This document shows, piece after piece, positions 9,640 through 19,443 of a stretch of DNA of 64,000 nt; within the stretch, counting starts at the first letter, position 1, and every line of letters starts with the position of its first letter. Source of the DNA: a virus (lineage: Duplodnaviria; Heunggongvirae; Uroviricota; Caudoviricetes); the IMG/VR virus record IMGVR_UViG_3300045911_000760, one strand, 5' to 3'. The notes beneath the pieces were generated by a model. The model worked only from the letters and a program-made list of their open reading frames with translations, was not told the origin of the DNA and did no database searches. The position numbers and the translations under genes are program-made.

Positions 9640-9694
9640 GGGGGTCTCCAAGTGGAGGTAGGGCTCCGCGCGAAGGGGCGCAGGGCGGGTGAGT

Positions 9695-10075
9695 TCAGCG
9701 GACGCGTGGATTGGCGCCGTTCGGGTTGCCGTTTCCGGGCGCTCCGTCGGGCGGTCCGCCGCCGGGCGGGATCGTCGCCGGGCCTCGCTCGATGGCGGCA
9801 CGCGCTGCGGCGCGGGCCCGTGCCGTCCCGCGGGTCTCGAGGAGGTCTGCGTGCTCGCGCTCGAGCAGGTAGGTCCCGTCCGCCTCCGGCTCGCGGTAGG
9901 TCCGAGTGCCGCCTTCGACGCGCACGAACTCGCCGCCGGACCCCGGCTGGAGCCAGGCGTCATCGACCGGTGTGCCGTCGGGGCGCTCGCCGTGGAGGTG
10001 CGGGAGCCCGAGCGCCACGTCCACGGCAGCGCGGACGTACTCGGCATCCTCGGAGGTGACACGCCCGCGGCTCAC
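9695..10075 (-). CDS. hypothetical protein (possible fibre-assembly/accessory protein)
   Basis: GTG start overlapping the stop of the LamG-repeat fibre gene (GTGA). About 126 aa with a Gly/Pro/Asn-rich C-terminus. Confidence 0.3.
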   Translation of the reverse strand: MSRGRVTSEDAEYVRAAVDVALGLPHLHGERPDGTPVDDAWLQPGSGGEFVRVEGGTRTYREPEADGTYLLEREHADLLETRGTARARAAARAAIERGPATIPPGGGPPDGAPGNGNPNGANPRVR

Positions 10076-12243
10076 GCTGCCTGCCTCAGGAAGAAGTCGC
10101 GCATGGCTGCGGCCTCGCCGCGATTCGTCGCGCGATTCACTGTCACGAGCCACGAGTGCTTCATGGAGTCGCCGCTCGTGTTCCTGCCGATCTGGAAAGT
10201 ATTGAACGTCGTTGGGTTACCGACCGAGTCGGACTGCACGTTGATCGTGGAGTCCACCTGCGTGAAATTGAACGTGCTCGAGGCGGCGCGGAACGTGGTT
10301 CCTAGGAAGCGTTGCGCAGAGCTGGCAGCGAGGAAACCAGACGATGTGCCCAGGGAGTTGGCGTCGTTGTACCTCCACACGGCCCAGTTATTCGCCGTCG
10401 AAACGAACAACGTGTGCTTGGCGTCGCCCCCCGAGTTCTGCAGGCGGAACGCCCAGATCGCGTCCGCGCGCGCCACGTACTCGACCCACTGAAACACCGA
10501 GAACGCCTTGTCCGTACCGCTCGCGAAGTCGGAGTACCCTGCGCCGTTGGACAGAATCGCGCCGTCCAGGAGCACTGCCGTTTGGGTTCCGATCGTGTCG
10601 GGTGTGGCTGTTCCGGTCGTCGTTCCGAGGTGGCGTCCATTGCCAGACGTGTCGTCCCAGCCGAGCACGCTGCCACCGGACACGGTGATCGACGCGGGTA
10701 TATGCAGTGCCCAGAGATCCGTGCCGAAAAGTTCCTGGGGAGTCGCCTCCAGTGAGTGGCGCGCCATGCGCGCGGCGACGGCTTCGCGCTCGGATTGGGA
10801 AAGAGCTGCCCCGAACCCTACCGCCTCGGAGATGAAGCCGAGCATGGTCGAGCTGTTCTGCGCGAGTTGAAGCGTGGCCTGAGGCGTCGATGACGACGGA
10901 CTGGCGATTGTGCCGGTCTGGGCAGGGGTCGCCATGTCGTTCACGTAGATCTCGACGTCCGCTCCGCTCTTTCGTACGGCGATCAGGTAGGTAGTGTGCG
11001 TTGTGATTGTCCCAGCCGCTGTGCTGATCGTCGTGTTCGCGGAGCCGTTCCCGAAAAAGCAGCTCACCTGGCCCGACGGATTGATCCACCAGTACGTACC
11101 TACATTGGCCGCCGCTGAGTTGTACGTGCGTGTGAGCACGAAACCGTTCGTCAGATCATAGACGCGCACTAGGTAGAAGTCCGTGACCGAGCTCGTTCCG
11201 TCGTGCCGCGGCGTGAAACTCGACGCCGCCAATGACGAGAGCAGATTCGCCGCCGCAAAGTAGCAGGCGTTCCCGGCACCAAACGTCGTCAGGTACGGGC
11301 GACTCGCGGCCGTCGCTTGCGTGAGCGTTCCGCCAAGCGACCCTGGGTTCTGTACTGTCTGCAGGCGCCTAACGTCAGAACTGGTACCCGATTCGAGCGT
11401 GGCGTCGGAGCGGTCGAAACTCGCACCCCACGCAAGCGACAGCGGAACCGCGAGCGCAGACATGTCCCAGCGCTCCGCAAGGTACCCCTCCGCTGCGGCG
11501 CGGTCGGGAAGGTTCGTGCCAGCTGGACCGCCGAATACATGAAGCTCCGGCAGCCAGCCAACGACAGGCGTGGCTCCATTGTTCGCGTTCCCAACGACCG
11601 CGACATGAGCTGAGTTGCCTGTGTTGGGCGAGGAGATCGTTCCCGAGGCGACCTCGGACCCGTTCAGGAACACGGTCACCGTGGTTCCGACTACGCGCAC
11701 CGATACCGTGTAGTCGGTATTGGTCGTGATCGCCGCCGCCACCGAGAGCGATAGTGCGGCACTCCCCGAGCCGTTGCCCCAGCGCACCACGAGAGCGCCT
11801 GTGCTTGCGGCGCGCACCTGCATGCCAACAGTGTTCGCGTTGCCGTCGTACGTTGAGAACAGGTCGTTGTTCGCGGCGAGGCTCGTCGTCCGGAACCGGA
11901 GCGTGAGCAGGTAATCGCCCGTGCCGTCGTGTATGAAGCGCTGGTCGCTGAGCGAGAGAGAGGACAGCGCGAGCCGCCGCGTCCCACGAAAGAACGCGGC
12001 GCCGGTTTCGCGGTCGCGCATCGGCTGAGCGCTCGCGGTCGTCTGCGTCCACGCGGTGCCGAGGGAGCCTGTGTTCGGGCTGCTCGCGACGTAGTCCTCC
12101 AAGAACCCGGGCTCGATCGTCGCACCCGCGCCGGTGCCAATGGTCGAATCCCAAACGATCGCCTGGTCGTAGACGGAGGGGTCGAAAGGTGCGGGCGACG
12201 CACCGACGATAAACGCGCTGGTCAGGACCGCTAGCTGCCTCAC
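10072..12243 (-). CDS. tail fibre / receptor-binding protein with three LamG-like (concanavalin A-like lectin) domains
   Basis: Three repeats of the Laminin_G_3-type pattern: DYTVSVRVVGTTVTVFLNGSEVASG; HTTYLIAVRKSGADVEIYVNDMATPAQTG; HTLFVSTANNWAVWRYNDANSLG. The probable GTG start (VRQLAVLTSAFIVGASPA) overlaps the upstream stop as GTGA. The N-terminus is hydrophobic and signal-peptide-like. Confidence 0.5.
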   Translation of the reverse strand: MRQLAVLTSAFIVGASPAPFDPSVYDQAIVWDSTIGTGAGATIEPGFLEDYVASSPNTGSLGTAWTQTTASAQPMRDRETGAAFFRGTRRLALSSLSLSDQRFIHDGTGDYLLTLRFRTTSLAANNDLFSTYDGNANTVGMQVRAASTGALVVRWGNGSGSAALSLSVAAAITTNTDYTVSVRVVGTTVTVFLNGSEVASGTISSPNTGNSAHVAVVGNANNGATPVVGWLPELHVFGGPAGTNLPDRAAAEGYLAERWDMSALAVPLSLAWGASFDRSDATLESGTSSDVRRLQTVQNPGSLGGTLTQATAASRPYLTTFGAGNACYFAAANLLSSLAASSFTPRHDGTSSVTDFYLVRVYDLTNGFVLTRTYNSAAANVGTYWWINPSGQVSCFFGNGSANTTISTAAGTITTHTTYLIAVRKSGADVEIYVNDMATPAQTGTIASPSSSTPQATLQLAQNSSTMLGFISEAVGFGAALSQSEREAVAARMARHSLEATPQELFGTDLWALHIPASITVSGGSVLGWDDTSGNGRHLGTTTGTATPDTIGTQTAVLLDGAILSNGAGYSDFASGTDKAFSVFQWVEYVARADAIWAFRLQNSGGDAKHTLFVSTANNWAVWRYNDANSLGTSSGFLAASSAQRFLGTTFRAASSTFNFTQVDSTINVQSDSVGNPTTFNTFQIGRNTSGDSMKHSWLVTVNRATNRGEAAAMRDFFLRQAA

Positions 12244-13556
12244 GGAGCCTCCGGCTGCGCAGGCGGAACGTACGACTCGACACGAGCCGTCACGCATAGC
12301 GCAATGTTGTGCTCGCTGATGTTCGACGGCTGCAAACGCAGCACCGGCACGTTGTCCACGTGAGTCGTCATGATTCCCACGTTCATTTCGACCAGCTCTG
12401 CCGCGAACAGATCGTTCTCGGAGTCGAAGTCGTTGACAACCGTCTCACTCACCCCGAGGCTCTCGAACGACTCGCGCGCCGTGGCCCCGGTACGGCAGAA
12501 ATAGCGCCGTTGCTCGTGGAACGTGGTGCCGTTCGACGCGGTTCCCGAGACAAGCACCGTGATCCGACATTTGCGCGACGGCGGCAGGACCACGTCGACG
12601 TTCGCCGACGCGGCCGGGGCGATCGTCGTGCTCGTGTCGTGCTGCGGGACCACGCCGTCTCGGTACTGCGCGCCGCCCGAGTTGGTGTACTCGCGGCTGG
12701 CGTCGTAAACCGTCAGGCTCCACTCGTCGACAGCCACGCTGTGCAGCTGCCAACGCATGCCCGGAGCGATCGGCCGATTCCCGTGCACCGTCACGCCCTC
12801 ATCCGGGACGATCGTCAGCGCCGCACCGCCCGCGTGGTAGCCGTTGAGGATCGGGCGCACGCTGCCCGTCGTCCAGCCGAAGCTGGAGTCGGTTCCGAGC
12901 TGCAGAGCGACCGCGCCCGCATTCGTAGTCACGATCAGCGCACGAAGTACCGTCGGCGTGAGCAAGCTCGACGTGCCGGTGATCGTCTGCGGCGCAAGTG
13001 CGTGCGTCGCGTACGGCGACACCTCCCCGCGCCCGACGCTCGCCGTGTAGCGAGACGACGTGCGGACCCAGGCTCCCGTGTCTGAGTCGACGCAGCGGAG
13101 GGTAATCGCCCCCTTCCCGCCCGTCTGCAGGGGCGAGGCGCCGACGAACGACGTATCCCCGTCGATCGTCTGTCCGCCACCGGTGTGCGCGACGGCGACG
13201 CCCGCGTTCCCATCGATGAGGATCTCGATCTCCGCCCCGAGGACCCGACTCGCATCGTCCTGGAGATAGATCACCTGCTGGAAGAAGGCGGCCTCCGCGA
13301 CGATCGTCAGCCGCGTCTGGGCAGGATCGCGGCCGCCGTAGACGCTGGCGTCGACCTGGTACTCGTTGGCGATCGGCTCCTCTTCTTCGTCGAGGCGAGG
13401 GGGGAGGTCGGTGACGAGGACGATGATCTCCGTTGCGCCACGAGGCAGGTTCGCCACCTGCGCCTTCTGGTTCTGGCCGCCAGAGACCACAGGAACGAAA
13501 GCGTTCTCGGGAACTGTCTCGAGCTCCGGGAGCTCAGAAATCTTCACTTGGCCCAT
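12240..13556 (-). CDS. tail fibre protein
   Basis: 438-aa ORF downstream of the DUF2313 tail protein. N-terminus MGQVKISELPELETVPENAFVPVVSGG resembles tail fibre N-termini. Ser/Thr/Gly-rich beta-type composition. Confidence 0.45.
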   Translation of the reverse strand: MGQVKISELPELETVPENAFVPVVSGGQNQKAQVANLPRGATEIIVLVTDLPPRLDEEEEPIANEYQVDASVYGGRDPAQTRLTIVAEAAFFQQVIYLQDDASRVLGAEIEILIDGNAGVAVAHTGGGQTIDGDTSFVGASPLQTGGKGAITLRCVDSDTGAWVRTSSRYTASVGRGEVSPYATHALAPQTITGTSSLLTPTVLRALIVTTNAGAVALQLGTDSSFGWTTGSVRPILNGYHAGGAALTIVPDEGVTVHGNRPIAPGMRWQLHSVAVDEWSLTVYDASREYTNSGGAQYRDGVVPQHDTSTTIAPAASANVDVVLPPSRKCRITVLVSGTASNGTTFHEQRRYFCRTGATARESFESLGVSETVVNDFDSENDLFAAELVEMNVGIMTTHVDNVPVLRLQPSNISEHNIALCVTARVESYVPPAQPEAP

Positions 13557-13559
13557 GGG

Positions 13560-14648
13560 CTATGCCTCCACCATGATCAGGTCGTCGTCCTCGGTGACCA
13601 GGTCGTCACCGTCTTCGGTGGCGAGGACCGCGACGTACTCCACGCGCGTCACCACCCACTGCTGCGAGGGCTTCAGCTTCTGGATGAACCACTCGAACTC
13701 AGCGCGGCGCGCCGCAGGGATTTGGGCGCGTTCCGGGAAGTTCTCTCCGCCGATGTAGAGGAAGTACCTCCACGCGTCCGGGTCGGCAGGGATCGGAGGG
13801 GGGGCTCTCCGCGTCAGGTCGAGGTTGACGATGTAGCCCGGGTCGTTGACGAGGAAGTCGTTGCAGTACGGCGCCTCGGGTCCGTCGTAGGCTTCCGGAC
13901 AATCCGGATCGGTGTCGTCCTCGCACTGGAAGAGGCCGGTGAGCGGCTGGTCCGCATAGTGCAGCGGGTTGCGGGGAACGCGCGGTAGTTCCGGGAGAAG
14001 CGAGGGCTCCCAGAGGTTGTCGTCGGTGTATTCGACATTCAGAGGGAGCGTCAGAAAAGCGCCGGGCGCTCCAGGGACTTCGACCTCCCACGGCTCCCCG
14101 AACCAGTTCTGAGAGAGCGGGGCGGACCACGTGGCGCCACCGTCGACCGAAGTCTCGATCGTCAGCAGCGGGCCGCCCGGGTCGGTCGGCGCGATGTACT
14201 CGACGACGCGGACACCAAGCCCGGTGAGCTGGAGGTAGATGCCCGATACCGTGATCGTGGGCGGGAGTGTTCCGCTCCCCGAGAGTTCGCTCTCAATGAT
14301 CGGGACGTTCCACCACCACTCGTGGACGTATACGTCGAACCCGGCCGCTTGGAGGACATCCTGGATGTACCGCGGCGACTGCCCGCCGGTGGCCTTCCAC
14401 GACGCATCCAGCGCACGCCTCCTGCGCGAATCGCTCGGCGAAGGCCAGACCCCGAACTGCTCGCACCAGAGTCCGAGCTGTCGGGTAGTCGGAGGGAACA
14501 GGTCGAGGAAGACCTGGTCGACGTAGCCCTTCGTTTCCTGGGGCTGCTCCGCGAGCCCTTCGAAGAAGCGGCGCAGCGTCTTGTCCACGACGATGCGCCA
14601 GGCCTTCCCAGTGGGGAGGAGGGCTTTGATGGTTTCGAAGAGGCTCAT
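13560..14648 (-). CDS. phage tail protein, YmfQ/DUF2313 family (Mu gp48-like)
   Basis: N-terminus MSLFETIKALLPTGKAWR is characteristic of DUF2313 tail proteins, which are encoded next to baseplate J in Mu/P2-like tails. Confidence 0.55.
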   Translation of the reverse strand: MSLFETIKALLPTGKAWRIVVDKTLRRFFEGLAEQPQETKGYVDQVFLDLFPPTTRQLGLWCEQFGVWPSPSDSRRRRALDASWKATGGQSPRYIQDVLQAAGFDVYVHEWWWNVPIIESELSGSGTLPPTITVSGIYLQLTGLGVRVVEYIAPTDPGGPLLTIETSVDGGATWSAPLSQNWFGEPWEVEVPGAPGAFLTLPLNVEYTDDNLWEPSLLPELPRVPRNPLHYADQPLTGLFQCEDDTDPDCPEAYDGPEAPYCNDFLVNDPGYIVNLDLTRRAPPPIPADPDAWRYFLYIGGENFPERAQIPAARRAEFEWFIQKLKPSQQWVVTRVEYVAVLATEDGDDLVTEDDDLIMVEA

Positions 14649-14716
14649 TGGAGCTTGGCCATGGGGCCGGCGTGGGCGTCAGTTGACGCCACCTTGCTGA
14701 GGTTCTCAGCTTGCTG

Positions 14717-15143
14717 GATGACCAATCACTTGCAGCAGCACCTGTTGCCCGGGGAGCGCGTCCAGCACGTTGGTCGCCTTCACTGGGCGATGTACCTACC
14801 GGGGGCCATCTTCGTGCCGATTCTGATCGGGATCCCGATCGTGCTGCTCCTGTGGATCCGCAGAGTCACGACCGAGATGGTCGTCACCGACCGGAGGGTG
14901 CTCGTGAAGACGGGGCTACTCGCTCGCGAGATCGACGAGCTGCGCCTCGAGAAGGTCGAGTCCGTGCAGGCCACGACGTTTCTCGGGCTCAGCTTCGGAA
15001 GCCTGAAGATCGTTGGTAGCGGCGGAACGTTCCGCGAAATGCACTGGGTCGAGGAGCCAATGGCGTTCCGGAATGCCGTCCAGAACCAGGCAGACCGTCT
15101 GCGAACTCTCAGCAGTGCCGGGCAGTTGCGGGATAGCGCTTGA
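14717..15143 (+). CDS. bPH_2 (bacterial PH, DUF304/YdbS-like) membrane protein
   Basis: Plus-strand ORF. After the internal Met there are two hydrophobic helices (LPGAIFVPILIGIPIVLLLWI) and then a bPH_2-like segment (VVTDRRVLVKTGLLAREIDELRLEKVESVQATTFLGLSFGSLKIVGSGG). The N-terminal part of the listed ORF overlaps the minus-strand tail gene and is unlikely to be coding. Confidence 0.5.
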
Positions 15144-15241
15144 CCACTAGGGCTAGTGCCAGCACGCTAGCGAAGATGCCCCCGCGTCGGTGCTAGCGAC
15201 CGGGGGCGTGGTCCGAATCCAGCTTGAAGGAGAATTCGAAC

Positions 15242-15922
15242 ATGAGAACAGTGGCCTGGAAGGCGCTCCTTGCCAAGGTGGCCTTGGTCGCCGTCGGATG
15301 CGGCGGGGGCTCAGGCTCAACCATCTTGGATGACTGTGCAGAGTGCGGCCAGGAGCACCAGGATGTGGCAGGCGAGTCGGAAGGGGAGACTCACGACCAC
15401 TTCGATCGATATGCACTCTTGGTCCCGGCGGACCAGTTGCAGGCGATAGAGGTGGACCCCGAGTTCGTCTCCGCTGGTGAATGGGAGGCGGTCGACGCCG
15501 CGACCCAGGCCTGGTTCTACGCCGTCCCCTTGCTCCAGATGCCTGTCGTGGTCGGGTTCTCGGAACCGGATCCGGAGCGGCCTGTTATGCGCATCCGGCG
15601 ACTCTCCGGTCCCAGACCGGACAGCAAGTGGGGAGTTCTGAACGGGGCAGCATACGCGGACAGCTCGATCGCTATATGGCCTGACGACATCCAAACCGGC
15701 GAGATCGCGAACACCGTGGCGCACGAGATCGGGCACATCTTCGGCGCAACGCATCACCCAGACGATGCACTCTCCGAGGTTCCCGCGTCGGCCGTGATGC
15801 GGACCCCGATACGGCTCGACCTGAGTTGCATCACTCGGCAGGACCTCGCGCTGCTCTGCTCTCGCCTGGAGGGCTGCGGGGAGACGAAGGCGGTCTGTCT
15901 GAAGATCCCGGGCGTGCGATAG
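15242..15922 (+). CDS. secreted lipoprotein zinc metalloprotease (metzincin-type HExxHxxGxxH)
   Basis: ATG preceded by GAAGGAG. Signal peptide with lipobox (LVAVGC). Extended zinc-binding motif HEIGHIFGATHH with a downstream Met-turn-like AVM. Plus strand, convergent with the tail genes. Confidence 0.6.
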   Translation: MRTVAWKALLAKVALVAVGCGGGSGSTILDDCAECGQEHQDVAGESEGETHDHFDRYALLVPADQLQAIEVDPEFVSAGEWEAVDAATQAWFYAVPLLQMPVVVGFSEPDPERPVMRIRRLSGPRPDSKWGVLNGAAYADSSIAIWPDDIQTGEIANTVAHEIGHIFGATHHPDDALSEVPASAVMRTPIRLDLSCITRQDLALLCSRLEGCGETKAVCLKIPGVR

Positions 15923-15924
15923 AC

Positions 15925-16683
15925 TCAAGGGACAATCGGGTCGATGCGCCGCAGTGAGACTCTCGTGCCCCACACTCCTCCGACCACATCGACGTCTCCT
16001 CCTGAGTTTTGGCTGGCCCTCACCTCGATATAGTCGGCGGCGGTGAGTGGAAACTCCATGCACCCAGAGAGCAGGGCGGTGGTCGTGGTGGCGACCCGGG
16101 TCGAATCTAGCGTCCCAACCGACGAACCGTTGAGGTACAGAGCGAGATTCCGGAAGCCGGCAGCCCCCGAGCCGAATGGAACGCGCCAGGACAGGAGGTA
16201 GTACCCTGTTGCCGGAGCGACGAGGCGTTGGGTATTCGAGGAGGTGCTGTGATAGTCGCCGACGTCCCAACTCTCCGAGTTGAAAGTGATCGCTGACTCG
16301 ACCTCGCTCGAGAGCGTCTGATTAGCCGACTTGTAAAGGGAGCAACCGCTGAACTGGTTCTCAATTGCTGCCGTGATAGCAGCATTGCGCGCTGTAACCT
16401 CGTTCGCGAGGAGAGTATCTACCTGGCCGCGCCGGTAGAAGATGGCCAGAAGCGCACCCAGGTACTGGGATACGTTGGCCGTGTCCGGGACTTCGCTCGG
16501 CGCGATGTCCGCGTCGACGAGCAGCGCCTGCAGGAAGCCCTGCAGGTCGTTGACCCAATCGCGCTCGAGCGGGAACCCGGTTCCGTCACCGACGGCGGTT
16601 GCGTTGCGCGCCTTGCCGTAGGGGTAGGCGGGGTCCGTGGTGTCGACGCGGATCCCGTAACGCTCTCTCAGGTCGAGTGCCAT
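15925..16683 (-). CDS. tail/baseplate-associated protein
   Basis: 252-aa ORF immediately downstream of baseplate J with a beta-rich C-terminal domain (GYYLLSWRVPFGSGAAGFRNLALYLNGSSVG). Function not recognised. Confidence 0.4.
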   Translation of the reverse strand: MALDLRERYGIRVDTTDPAYPYGKARNATAVGDGTGFPLERDWVNDLQGFLQALLVDADIAPSEVPDTANVSQYLGALLAIFYRRGQVDTLLANEVTARNAAITAAIENQFSGCSLYKSANQTLSSEVESAITFNSESWDVGDYHSTSSNTQRLVAPATGYYLLSWRVPFGSGAAGFRNLALYLNGSSVGTLDSTRVATTTTALLSGCMEFPLTAADYIEVRASQNSGGDVDVVGGVWGTRVSLRRIDPIVP

Positions 16684-16687
16684 AGGT

Positions 16688-17872
16688 TCAGCTCAGGGTT
16701 CCCAGCCGGGCCTTCTGGCCCGGCGGCAGGGTGTACTCGGTGATCGGGTTTCCGTTCAGCTGCAGCTCCACCGTCGCTGCGGTTGCCCCCTCCGCCTCCG
16801 CCACGCCCATCACGATCCCCGCGACCGCGCCCTGCGTGATGCGGTCCAAACGAGGCAGAGGCGCTAGCCCCACGATGTAGGGTTCACGCGCTCGAAGGTA
16901 GTCGTCGACGCCCTCGGCGATGGCCTGGAGGACCGCATCCTCGTCTGCAGCCTCGAGCCCACCGAGCAGCACATCGAACGGCTGCCGAGTGATCGGGTAG
17001 ACGTTCACCGCAGCGTTCGCGGGCCGGCGGCTCGCGAGCCCGTTCAGGTCCGCCTCGATCGCGGCTCGGACCTCTTCGAGCTGTGGCTCGGTCGGGATCC
17101 CGTCTTCGCTTCCGGAGCTCGCCACCGTCGCCTCGACGTAGACGTCGACCTCGCCCGGAGCTCCCGTGTAGGGGTACACGTTCAGGATGCCTGCGAGTTC
17201 CTCGCCCCAGGACTGGTAGTCGGCGTAGGCCCCGCCCTGGGGGCGGCGCTGGAAGCGTCGGAAGACCCGGGCGCGATAGGTGTCGGGGTCCTCTGCGTCG
17301 GCCCCGTCGACGGTCCTCGAGACCACCGTCGCGCGGCGCTCGATGTTCGCGAGCGGGTTGGCAAACTCCAGGATGTCTCCGGGGAGCAGATTGCCGATTG
17401 ATCCGGATCCGTCTCCTCCCTGACCGTCGCCCGATGCTCGCACCGTGACCTGCACGACCGGGGCGTCCAGCGCGACGGTTCCTACCACCTGGTAGATCAC
17501 CTGGCTGGCAGGGGAGACGAGCTGTGTCCCTGCCCGGAGGTCGTCGATCTGATTGCGGACAGTGACGTCGACGACGTGCTCGGCCTGCGTCGCCTCCACC
17601 GGGTCTCCGACGCCGACGAGTCGCCCCCACTCCACAAGCGGACGGATCCGCCGGCCGAGGATGACCGTCTCCTCCATCGAGGCATGCGCGACGAAGAGTT
17701 GGAGGAGGATCCAGCCAGCGTACTTGAAGAGCAGAACGGTGACCGCCGCGAGCACCTTCGCGAGCACGTGGACGAAAGCCTTCGGGAGTAGAGGGAGGTC
17801 CTCTGAGAGCTTCGCCTCGAGCTGTGCGACGATGTTCGTCGTGAGCTCTTGGACTGTGGGCTGCTGGATCAT
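16688..17872 (-). CDS. baseplate J-like protein (Mu gp47 / P2 gpJ family)
   Basis: 394-aa ORF between a gp46-like and a DUF2313-like gene, which is the conserved Mu-type order. Sequence features are consistent with the Baseplate_J family. Confidence 0.6.
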   Translation of the reverse strand: MIQQPTVQELTTNIVAQLEAKLSEDLPLLPKAFVHVLAKVLAAVTVLLFKYAGWILLQLFVAHASMEETVILGRRIRPLVEWGRLVGVGDPVEATQAEHVVDVTVRNQIDDLRAGTQLVSPASQVIYQVVGTVALDAPVVQVTVRASGDGQGGDGSGSIGNLLPGDILEFANPLANIERRATVVSRTVDGADAEDPDTYRARVFRRFQRRPQGGAYADYQSWGEELAGILNVYPYTGAPGEVDVYVEATVASSGSEDGIPTEPQLEEVRAAIEADLNGLASRRPANAAVNVYPITRQPFDVLLGGLEAADEDAVLQAIAEGVDDYLRAREPYIVGLAPLPRLDRITQGAVAGIVMGVAEAEGATAATVELQLNGNPITEYTLPPGQKARLGTLS

Positions 17873-17876
17873 GGGC

Positions 17877-18317
17877 CTAAGAGCCTTCCTGTCCGCGCGT
17901 GAACTCGAACGTCATGGGGACGCGCCTGCCGTCCTGAAGGACGATCTCGATCTCAATGCGCACCCAGTTCAGGCGGGGAATGGTCGCGACCACCGAGATT
18001 CCCGATGCGACCGACTCCGCCATCCACGCCAAGTCGCGCCCGGCGGCGTCCTCGATGCGGCGGAGGTTCGCCGGAATTGCTGGCAGCGATCGGAGAACGT
18101 ACTGCGTTTCGCTCCGGTACTTGCGCGCGGGCGAAGTCTCGAGCTTGTTCGCCCACCACTCTTTGGGGTCATCCCCCTGGATCCCGGAGTCGTCCTCGTT
18201 GCCTCCGAAGAGGCTCAGGTAGGCGGCCGTCTCAATGCCGTCGGTCATCTCGACGCGCCCCGCCTCAATGCGGATCTCGCCCCCGTCCGGGGTGTGGAAG
18301 AGAAGGACGTCCGCCAT
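17877..18317 (-). CDS. baseplate protein, Mu gp46 / gp25-like family
   Basis: 146 aa; N-terminus MADVLLFHTPDGGEIRIEAGRVEMTDG resembles the GP46 family. Position upstream of baseplate J. Confidence 0.5.
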   Translation of the reverse strand: MADVLLFHTPDGGEIRIEAGRVEMTDGIETAAYLSLFGGNEDDSGIQGDDPKEWWANKLETSPARKYRSETQYVLRSLPAIPANLRRIEDAAGRDLAWMAESVASGISVVATIPRLNWVRIEIEIVLQDGRRVPMTFEFTRGQEGS

Positions 18318-18324
18318 GGGGCGC

Positions 18325-19443
18325 TCAGGACGTTTTGAAAATGCTACCGAATGCGTCCCACGCCTGCGGAGACGCAGAGGCGAGCACGATGCCGTAGGTC
18401 GAGCCGTTGGGGCCGCCCGTCGTCCCAGGCAGGCCGCCAGCGATCTCAGGGGCGAAGTCGGCGCCCAAGGCGCCCGCGGGTCCGGAGTAGGACCACATCG
18501 TCAGGCCGCCGCCCGAGAGCGAGACCTCGATGTCGTTGATGAGCTCGAGGACGTTGTCGATCTTCACCGCGACGCCGTCGATCTGGGCGTCGTAGTTGAC
18601 GTTCACGCCGAGCATGGCCTCGAGCATGTCGGGCAGTCGCTCAGTCACCCATCCGTCGATGCTCAAGCCACCGAGCGCCGCGCTGATGGCGGGTTCGACG
18701 TCGGGGATGACGACGCCGCTCAGGATCTGAAGGGTGCTCGTGATGCGGTTCCGCGTCCCCTCGAGCGTGCTGAGCGTGATGTCCAGGGGCTTCAGCACCC
18801 GGTCGAGTCCCACGCTCCAGGAGCCGGCTCCGCGCACGCCGTGGAAGGCCAGTCTCTCTTGCTTCGTGGAGGTCCCGAGGTTCGTGTTCGCCGAGCCCCC
18901 TGTGTCGATGCCCTCGGAGAAGCTCTGCCAGCTCGCGAAGTTGTTGGTGGCAACGATGACCGCGCTCACCGGCTGGTTCGGCGGGACGCCACCGAAGCCG
19001 GACTGGGTCCCTGATGCGAGCTTCGCGCCGAACCCGGCAGCGCGCCCGGAGTAGGTCCAGCCGGCGATGCCAGGGGTGTCGAGCCCCGTCCGCAGCCCGC
19101 CCACGAGCGGCGAGAGCACCGCGAGCTGAGCCTCGGCAGCGCCGAGCTCCACGGTCATCGCTGGGAGCACTGACGGTGCGACGATGAGCCCGAGCTTCGA
19201 TGGGTCGAAGTTCATTACCAGCGACGCCGGGTTCAGGGCCACCTGCGCCGCGAGTCCGTACTTCGCTGGATCTGGCGGGTTCGTGGCGAGGATCCCGGCG
19301 AGCTGGATTTGCGTCGCCCCAGCCAGAGTGAGCTTGACGATCGCCTCCTGTAGCCTGGCGACCTCCACCGCCAACCCCGCCGGCGCCGCAGCGAGGCCCA
19401 CGTTCACCGACGACGCCGGGAACGTCCCAAGATGCTGGATCAT
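18325..19443 (-). CDS. hypothetical baseplate/tail protein
   Basis: 372-aa ORF embedded between the spike (V-like) and gp46-like genes; Gly/Ala/Ser-rich. Confidence 0.35.
   Translation of the reverse strand: MIQHLGTFPASSVNVGLAAAPAGLAVEVARLQEAIVKLTLAGATQIQLAGILATNPPDPAKYGLAAQVALNPASLVMNFDPSKLGLIVAPSVLPAMTVELGAAEAQLAVLSPLVGGLRTGLDTPGIAGWTYSGRAAGFGAKLASGTQSGFGGVPPNQPVSAVIVATNNFASWQSFSEGIDTGGSANTNLGTSTKQERLAFHGVRGAGSWSVGLDRVLKPLDITLSTLEGTRNRITSTLQILSGVVIPDVEPAISAALGGLSIDGWVTERLPDMLEAMLGVNVNYDAQIDGVAVKIDNVLELINDIEVSLSGGGLTMWSYSGPAGALGADFAPEIAGGLPGTTGGPNGSTYGIVLASASPQAWDAFGSIFKTS

Noticed and set aside
15925-16683. Calling 15925..16683 a second DUF2313/gp48 protein or a tail collar.
   Set aside because: No family-specific motif recognised; left as a generic tail-associated protein.
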